A stretch of DNA of 64,000 bases from Eledone cirrhosa (lineage: Eukaryota). A model generated the notes under the pieces. The model saw only the letters and a program-made list of their open reading frames with translations, was not told the DNA's origin and made no database searches. Of this stretch, positions 55,281-64,000 are shown piece after piece; positions within the stretch are counted from its first letter, which is position 1, and each line of letters starts with the position of its first letter. Location of the stretch: positions 329,654,001 through 329,718,000 of the forward strand of contig OZ024743.1 of NCBI GenBank assembly GCA_964016885.1. Reading direction: 5' to 3'. The position numbers and the translations under genes are program-made.

Positions 55281-55689
55281 AATTGCTTAAACATTCAGCC
55301 TGTCGGCATCTACTACGCAGCTTATTATACGGGATAGATGTATCTCATTCGTAATAGCGGCCACTCGTTTTACGGACAGTCATATCCAACATACATCAAG
55401 CAAGCATAACATATATGATATGTAATGGCAGACATAACGACTCTATTCTAATAGCACTTATTTAATTGAGCTGAACAACAACTACAGCAACAAATAAAAA
55501 AAAATGATAAAAACAATGAAAAAAACACATCTGATTTATACCGATAGCCAGAACTGCATTTATGGACGCCATTTCTGATTTAAACAAATAATCCTAACCG
55601 ATGCATAAGAGATATGACTGATGTCATTTTTATAGGCTTCAAGGACACTTTAGAAACAGCTATATTATTTACAGTTGCTATCACGAATC

Positions 55690-55866
55690 AGCGAGGCGAC
55701 CTCTACGTAATCGCTTGATCTGCTACAATTAGCAGTAATATATTCCTCGAATCAAACTCCCTACCATCTTTAGAAAAATAACAAAAACAAAAACGAAAAA
55801 CAGATGTGATGCACACGGCTTGATTGCCTTGGGGCATAGTTCTGTTCTGACCTGTTGTTTAATAAC
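55690..55866 (+). repeat. Interspersed repeat; related copies at 58875-59080 (opposite strand) and about 60243-60400
   Basis: Shared motif resembling GACCTGCT(A/G)GAAAT...AAATCT...CCTCA across the copies; highly diverged. Confidence 0.5.
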
Positions 55867-56032
55867 TTTTGTCCGGATTAACGCTTAAGATATCCAACTG
55901 GCACTTGGATACCTTAAGAAGAATCCATTTTGTTGCAAGCAATTGAACCGAGGCACTTGTTTGCGGATATTTTCCTCCCCTTTCTCTCTCCCAGGTGCCA
56001 TGAGAAATCTCCTGGGTACTACCCTTCCTTCA

Positions 56033-56286
56033 TGTTGTTGTTGTTACAGCTCACACCTATGCAGGTTTAGCTGGCCTCCTCCAAGGTATATCCTGTTGGA
56101 GGTGTCTTGGGTGATTTAATGATAGGGACCCCAGTACTATCACTTCATTTCTACAGCTGAGTAAACTGGAGCAACGTGAAATAAAGTATCTTGCTCAAGG
56201 AAACAACACATCACCCGGTCCGAGAATTGAACTCACAACCTTTCGGTTGCAAGTCCAATGCTCTAACCACTAAGCCATGCGCCTTC
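56033..56286 (-). mobile_element. Full-length tRNA-derived SINE, monomer A
   Basis: A box TGGCTTAGTGG, B box GTTCAATTC, CCTTGAGCAAG core, (AAC)n tail. Confidence 0.92.
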
Positions 56287-56370
56287 ACGACTAACCGATG
56301 AAAAAGAAATGTGTGACCAATGACGTTAGTATTCCAGATTGGAATATTATTGTAAACCCCTGATAGTGTA

Positions 56371-56714
56371 GGGCACATGGCTTAGTGGTTAGAGCGTCGA
56401 GCCTACAATCGCAAAGTTGTGGGTCCGATTCCCGGACCGGGCTGTGTGTTGTGTTCTTGAGCAAGACACTTTATTTCACGTTGCTCCATTTTACTCAACT
56501 GTAGAAATGGGTTGTGACGTTACAGGTGCCAAGCTGTATCGGCCATTATCTTTCTCTTGGACAACATCGGTGATGTGGAGCGGGGGAGACTGATATGCAT
56601 GGGTGACTGTTTGTCTTTCACAAACAACCTTGCCTGGACTTGTGCCTCGGAGGTCAATTTTCTAGGTGCAAATCCCATGGTCTCTTGTGACCGAAGGGGG
56701 TCTTTACTTTTTAC
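56371..56714 (+). mobile_element. Full-length tRNA-derived SINE with the same head/core but a different 3' body
   Basis: TGGCTTAGTGG A box, GTCCGATTCC B box, CTTTA-type tail, possible TSD AGTGTA. Confidence 0.9.
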
Positions 56715-56753
56715 AGTGTAAGGTACCCGGACGCTTCGCCATGTGCATGGGTC

Positions 56754-57096
56754 TGAGCTGTAACAACAACAACATACGGAGAAACATAGCGTTGTTTAGC
56801 CCTAGGTTAGCCTTTATTATGGGAGATCTATGATCAAGGCGTGTGGCTGATTGGTTAGAGAACTGGATTCACAATCGTGAGGTTGTCGGTTCGATTCCTG
56901 GACCGGGTGATGCGTTATGTCCTTGAGCAAGCCACTTTATTTCACGTTGCTCCAGTTTACTCAGCTGCAGAAATGAGATGATAGGACTGGGGTTCCTATC
57001 ATTAAATTACCGAAGATACCTCCAACGAGATAAACCTTGGAGGAGGCCAGCTAAACCTGCATAGGTGTGAGCTGTAACAACAACAACAACAACAAC
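56754..57096 (+). mobile_element. SINE tail + ~65-bp linker + full SINE monomer B
   Basis: Monomer B (56838-57096) has TGGCTGATTGG and GTTCGATTCC boxes and an (AAC)n tail; the same linker recurs at 63607-63671. Confidence 0.9.
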
Positions 57097-57494
57097 CCGT
57101 ACGGTTCAACTGTTAGGTTTGAAACCAACAAAAATAGAGTGACATTTACTTTTGGTTACTTTTGGGTTTCCTCCGAGATTACTAGCCATGAAGCTTCAAC
57201 ATTATTTGTTTCATAGCAAATCCGGCACTGTTCCTTTATATTATCAAAGCTTTTGAAAACGGAATGATTCTCTCTCAATCTCAATCTAATGTCTATAACT
57301 TTGTAGCCTAGAGGTGGAGCCTAATTGAGAAATCGATATTTACCAATAATTCACAGAGCTGTGTTCAGAACACGTTGTATTGAAATCAATATGCTGAGTT
57401 AGCTAAAATGTTCGATACTATCTAGTGCAAATATATTGATGGCTTTTACTTGATTTATTGTTATTTCTGTCTCTTCCTCTTCTATGGCTGTCTA

Positions 57495-57783
57495 TTTATA
57501 TATATCTATCTTTCTGTATTATCTATCTGGATACATATATACCTATTTATCTGTATCTATGTCTGTCTACCACCTGCCTACCTACTTTATCTATCTATCT
57601 ATCTGTCTATCTGTCTCAGTACATCTATCTATTTACTTATCTGCATATCTATCTACTTATCTACCTACATACACACGTATTCGTTTATCTAGCTATCTAT
57701 CTACCTGCTTTATCTATCTGTCTACCTACTTATTTGCATACCTACCTATATACTTATCTGCATATCTATCTATCTATCTATCT
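57495..57783. repeat. Degenerate (ATCT)n microsatellite
   Basis: Direct. Confidence 0.9.
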
Positions 57784-58297
57784 GCCTTCATTTAAGAATG
57801 AAGGAGAGGCGGTTTTCCGCTGTCTGGTGGCTATGGCGAAAGAGGTAATATGGTGGACGAGATTAAAGGGACTGAGGGCAAACACCTTTCTATCCGGACA
57901 ACAACCCATTCCCTTCTTTAAGTACCACTTCAGAAGGAAGGTGAGAGTGAAGAAAGAGGTGCTACATCCCAGTAAATTCGCTGAAAGGTTGGTGAATGTA
58001 ACGAAAATGGCCCGAGTGAATGGGCGTTCTCTGTATATAAACCTGTAGGTTGAGGAAGACAAACAGAGGGAAGACGGAAACACCTACAAAACGTGTTCCT
58101 GGTGTTGAGGGTTGTTCTATTCACGGGGTGTAAAACAACCCTGCAGTAACGTCCCCCCTATTGGGGATTTCAATTGTTATTTTATTATATATAGTTTATT
58201 GTTATTTATTAATGCTAAAGTTATTTTTATGTAAAACCCCCGCCGTCACGTCTTGTAATGTCCCATTTTTGTACGCCCCTCTGGCAAATAAAGAAAG
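57784..58297 (+). mobile_element. 5'-truncated Tx1/L1-type LINE (ORF2 C-terminus plus 3' UTR)
   Basis: LVAMAKEVIWWTRLK resembles the L1/Tx1 C-terminal AKxxIWxxR motif; stop at 58048; AATAAA at 58287 immediately before (ATCT)n. Confidence 0.75.
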
Positions 58298-58298
58298 A

Positions 58299-58367
<69 letters not shown>

Positions 58368-58440
58368 ACTTTTCTCTCTATGTAACTCCTATCTACATAT
58401 ATATGTATCTATCTACATATTTATCTACCTACCTATCCAC
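58298..58440. repeat. (ATCT)n microsatellite, pure then degenerate
   Basis: Direct. Confidence 0.93.
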
Positions 58441-58523
58441 CTGCCTGTCTCTCTACCAACATAAACGAAACTTTCAAGCAATCTTGAGACGTTTCCTTTG
58501 GCATTAATAATCTGTGGACGTAG

Positions 58524-58784
58524 TATGGCTGAATAGTTAAGTGGTTCACTTCCTGATCATTAATTCCTGTTTCGGTACCGCTAACGTGGCATCTTCGGCA
58601 AATGTTTTTCATCATAGTCTCGAGTCGACCCATTCCTTGAATGGCTGACAAAAACTGTTGGGATCCCGTTGGATGAGCTGTACCAACAATTCCATGTCAC
58701 ATTGTGTCGCGCTGAATCTTCCTGAGAATTACATAAAGGACACATATGTGGAACGCTCAGCGTCTTATATGTTAATTTCACGAG
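58524..58784 (+). mobile_element. Degenerate tRNA-derived SINE (OR-like)
   Basis: TGGCTGAATAGTTAAG head; body homologous to 52417 and 54985 elements. Confidence 0.7.
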
Positions 58785-59119
58785 AATTCATGCATAGATA
58801 TTCCATAGAAATTGTAATTTAATATATTTAGAATTGAGTAATTTGACAGAATTAGACGGATGAGTAAAATATCTTATTGTTTACCCCTAAATCAGTCCCG
58901 ATCGAGGAGCAGGCCTATAACCAAAGACATTCCAAACATGGCCACACCATATTTATCAGCATAGCTTACCACCAGTTATATTATTCAATGTATCATTTTT
59001 AAAAGGGGTATAGTGTGCTTTTAGAGATATTTCTTTTCTATTTTTAGCAGTCCTAGTGATCATGGCTTTCTCATTGACTCACCATATATGGTTATCTCTG
59101 TTTATTATGAAGGTACAGA

Positions 59120-59410
59120 ACCTAATAGTTAGGGTGTTGGTTTCATGAACTTAAAGGTCGTGGATTTGATCCACTAACCGACTAGTTTTATATCCTTGAG
59201 CAACGTACTTCATTTTTGGTTGATCAAGTTCACTTAGCTAAAATAATTAAGTAGCAACGACAGCAATAACAGAGAATTAACCTTAAGATGGACTGGCATC
59301 CTATCCAGGTGACTAAGAGGAGCGAGTTTTGACTTCTCTGTCGCTTACCGTAATGAAACAAGCATCCGGCCTGATGAACATCTAGTTGAGAAACAAACTA
59401 ACTTTATTTA
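59120..59410 (+). mobile_element. Degenerate tRNA-derived SINE with GATGGACTGGCATCCTATCCAGG central motif
   Basis: Decayed A/B boxes, TCCTTGAGCAA core, motif recalled from V-SINE/HE1-like SINE bodies, TTTA tail. Confidence 0.65.
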
Positions 59411-59432
59411 ATAGGTTTTAATTCTGCTAAAT

Positions 59433-59585
59433 GAGGTGAATTGGCAGAGTCGTTAGAACATCGCGTATAGTGATTTGCGGCATTTCTTCAGGCTTTCTAT
59501 TCTCTCAGTTCAAATCCCGTTGAGGTCAACTTTGCCTTTCATCCATTCGAGGTTGACAAAAAAAGTACCAGTCAAGTACTGAGGG
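59433..59585 (+). mobile_element. OK-like/Nin-domain SINE, 3' truncated
   Basis: TGGCAGAGTCG A box, GTTCAAATCC B box, GAGGTCAACTTTGCCTTTCATCC domain. Confidence 0.85.
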
Positions 59586-60431
59586 CAATTCTTCCTCATA
59601 TATATCTTTCTCACTTCTGTTTTCCCACTCTCTATCATTCTCTGCAAGAAATATGCTGTGTTTAGACGTGGAGAGGAGACGGGCTCCGTAAGGTTTTAAA
59701 AATGCCCTTGAAATGCCGTATGTTAATATAGCGCCGCTACAACTCCCTTAGGAGTTACGGAACCATACCATACCACAATTCTGCTAAGGTTGGTTATTTG
59801 TTCGACTCTACGTTATCCATCGGATTGTTAAAGATCTAGTATGGAGAGTCAATTGAAACATGTCATTGATAAAATAGTTATTTAAAAAAAGAATGTTGAA
59901 AATTGAAATCAACTGTTAACTGAATATCGATCTCTAGGAAGGGAGTTTTATTTAATCTGGGGGATGTTAAAATAACTGATGAGTCAAGAATGGAGTGTGG
60001 GGCGGAATGAAACTTGTGAGGTTGTTTGATCGAATATCTCTCTTGTTTAGATTTGGGGTCTATTTAATGTTCATAAAATGAATTTAAAGTCAGCTGTAAT
60101 CGGGGTCGAGATTTAATGCCATCGATTACATTCCTCATCTACAAGTGTCCAATAGCAGATCGATATCTTAACTGAATATTTAATCTGTATGTCCGAAGCT
60201 TATAATTTTAACATATTTATAATACTTTCTATGTCAGGCCAATGGCGAAGTTTCTCCATGGTCATTCGACCTGCTGGAAATCACAGTCAAATCTTCCTCA
60301 TATCTTATTATACTGTGATTAGAATTAGAAGGGTTCATTAGGAATTCTGGTCCTTAGTGCATTTTGCCTTAGAAAAATACAAAAACAAAACTAAACATGA
60401 AGTATTCTCAGGTCTTTAAATTTTGCTCATT

Positions 60432-60670
60432 AATCTCCGGCGAAATTCTGTTTTAAGTGGTAACATTCTGGCGATAATTAATATTCTTTATATATTAAAA
60501 TACATTATCAATAACAAAAAATGTAGATTACTAGAAATTCCATACGTTATAAAATAAATAGGATGGTTTGGGATCTCAATATGTAAACTAAACGACTAAT
60601 TCTGTTTTTTTTTTAAATTTTGAATGGAGAACATCTAGAAAAATTACCGCCCCTCGTTTATTCCACCCCT
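60432..60670. mobile_element. Interspersed repeat (copy 2 of the 45139-45395 family)
   Basis: Same-orientation alignment over ~170 bp. Confidence 0.55.
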
Positions 60671-60797
60671 GCATAGTCCCCTCCCCCTAGAGAGCAACTA
60701 TGGCTATAAAGTCTGCTCAATCAGATCTAAATAAAAATAGTTGGTCATGGCTGGAGGGTATGTAACTATAGATGGGATTAATCATGGCTCACCTGGT

Positions 60798-61018
60798 AAT
60801 AAATAATGGTTTCTTATATAGGCACAAGGGCAGAAATTTTGGGGGAGGGAACAGTCGATTAAATCGACCCGTGTGTGTGACTGGTAGTTTATTTTATGAA
60901 CACCGTATGGATGAAAGGCAAAGTTAACCACGGCGGGATTTGAACTCAGATTATAAAGGGCCGTAACTCTATGCTGGAAAGCATGGCGTCCGACCCCCTA
61001 CCGATACTGCCAATTCAT
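60798..61018 (-). mobile_element. Full-length OK-like/Nin-domain SINE
   Basis: Same family as 48600 but without its internal deletion; approximate flanking repeat CTGG(T/A)AATAAATAA. Confidence 0.88.
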
Positions 61019-61248
61019 AGCCCTGATCTGGAAATAAATAACAAAACATGACAAATATGTTTCGTCTAAGGTCTACTCATCTGTCAGATATAATCCGTCA
61101 CCTACTTCAACATCGCCTCCTGTCGTTTACATAACCTTTAGTGCAGTCCATTCTGTTGCAAGTATTTGCGCCAGACTTTTAGTTAGGTAATACATCCTAC
61201 CTGCCAACCAGGCTCAGATACCTTGTCACAGCCTCTTCGCTAAACAGC

Positions 61249-61251
<3 letters not shown>

Positions 61252-61321
<70 letters not shown>
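61252..61321. repeat. (CA)n(TA)n microsatellite
   Basis: Direct. Confidence 0.95.
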
Positions 61322-61322
<1 letters not shown>

Positions 61323-61591
61323 AGTTTATCCCGAGTTCAATCGGGGGGTACCTAATTCCGTGTAGTTAACTATATGTCTAGTCAATTTCTACAGGCTAGA
61401 AGGAATATTAAGTAAATATCTTGTGGCTGTACATCGCGGAAAAGAAGTTATATCATTTGTCTATTATTTCTCATTTTAAACTTGTAGCCTCGTTTAAATG
61501 ATTGTTTGTGTGGTTGATTTATGCTGAATAGGAGAGGAAATACTGTATATATTTTATCTAATGATTCTTTGGACTTACATTTTTATATATT

Positions 61592-61709
61592 GCTCTGATT
61601 ATTAATTATTTAATTAATTCTTCATTGATCCACACCGTGAATGGTTGCCAAAAACATATATATGTATCGAGGACTTTGTCTAATTTATATATATATACCT
61701 TTTAAATTT
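61592..61709 (+). repeat. Left arm of a ~118-bp inverted repeat
   Basis: Approximate reverse complement of 62921-63037 (CCACACCGTGAATGGTTGCCAAA / TTTGGCAACCATTCACGGTGTGG). Confidence 0.9.
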
Positions 61710-61710
61710 A

Positions 61711-61731
61711 ATATATATATATATATGTGTG

Positions 61732-61808
<77 letters not shown>
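61711..61808. repeat. (TA)n/(CA)n microsatellite
   Basis: Direct. Confidence 0.95.
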
Positions 61809-63037
<1,229 letters not shown>

Positions 63038-63246
63038 TATATATATATATGCATATAATATATATATATATTTGCATATAATATATGTAAGACACATATG
63101 CATGCATGTATATGTACATATGTGTATATATATTTATATATACACATAGAAACACGCATAAGTATATATATGTGTGTGTGTGTGTTTGGAGAGAGGGAGA
63201 GAGAGAGTACTCACACACGCACTCACACACACACTCACACACACGC
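63038..63246. repeat. Compound TA/TG/GA/CA low-complexity tract
   Basis: Direct. Confidence 0.85.
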
Positions 63247-63489
63247 ACATTGCTGAATCTAGGTGATTCAGTATAAAAGGTATTATATTTTGTTGCAGCA
63301 CATCTGGCCATCTCATGTATCCCGAATGAAATAAAGAGAATAAATGATCTGATGTTAATCAACAACATGGTCATCGATGGAATATCTTTGATTATAATTT
63401 GTCGATCAGACAATTCAGACCGAGGAAACAGTGTTTCTATTGGTCTTTCCAATTGCAAATGCTATCTATCGATCCAACTCTAGCTAGAA

Positions 63490-63920
63490 GGAGCACCGTG
63501 AAATAAAGTGTATCTTGCTCAAGGACATAACGCATCGGCTGGTCCAAGAATCGAACTCACAACCTCATGATTGCGAATCCAGTTCTCTAACCAATCAGCC
63601 ACACCCTTTGATCATAGGCCTCCCATAATAAAGGCTAACCTAGGGCTAAACAACGCTATGTTTCTCCGTATGTTGTTGTTGTTACAGCTCACACCTATGC
63701 AGGTTTAGCTGGCCTCCTCCAAGGTATATCTCGTTGGAGGTGTCTTGGGTGATTTAATGATAGGGACCCCAGTCCTATCATCTCATTTATACAGCTGAGT
63801 AAACTGGAGCAACGTGAAATAAAGTGTCTTGCTCAAGGAAACAACACATCAGTCTGAGAATTGAACTCACAACCTTTCGATTGCAAGCCCAATGCTCTAA
63901 CCACTAAGCCATGCGCCTTC
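63490..63920 (-). mobile_element. Composite SINE: monomer A (63671-63920) + linker + 3'-truncated monomer B (63490-63606)
   Basis: A matches 56033-56286; linker and B match 56774-56952 in reverse complement. Confidence 0.9.
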
Positions 63921-64000
63921 AAATGCGCCTTCTCAGTATGTTACCTCTAAAACCATATTACATTCAGCCATAATATTTCCATGAACTCAACATGAAAAAA

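Noticed and set aside
59361-59400. CTGATGA...GAAAC in a SINE tail
   Set aside because: No stem III or cleavage triplet; part of the SINE body
59770-60030. Hammerhead-like words (CTGCTAA...GAAACATGTC; CTGATGA...GAAAC)
   Set aside because: Core mismatched in the first; no proper stems or cleavage triplet in the second
61040-61090. Minus-strand CAGATGA...GAAAC...GTC
   Set aside because: Core substitution and no stem I pairing

Overview
Gene-free, repeat-dominated eukaryotic DNA, most likely from an octopus/cephalopod (inferred from the tRNA-derived SINE types and dense TA/CA/ATCT microsatellites). Bases 1-44.2 kb are two adjacent satellite arrays: a 47-bp unit (about 600 copies) and a 40-bp unit (about 390 copies), separated by about 330 bp of unique DNA. 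Both have higher-order duplications. A third, 35-bp satellite (48.8-51.8 kb) shares two 9-mers with the 47-bp unit and is bracketed by a duplicated SINE. The remainder holds SINEs, decayed non-LTR retrotransposon fragments (RTE, CRE-like, Tx1-like), microsatellites and small repeats. I support no host protein-coding gene; the long ORFs are satellite artefacts. The most notable feature is a ~1-kb non-coding insert at 61.8-62.8 kb. It has ~240-bp direct terminal repeats (762-bp period) and a complete type I hammerhead ribozyme core with an unusually long, branched stem II and a palindromic stem III that covaries between the two copies. It lies between TA microsatellites, inside ~118-bp inverted repeats, and is a candidate retrozyme or non-autonomous Penelope-like element.
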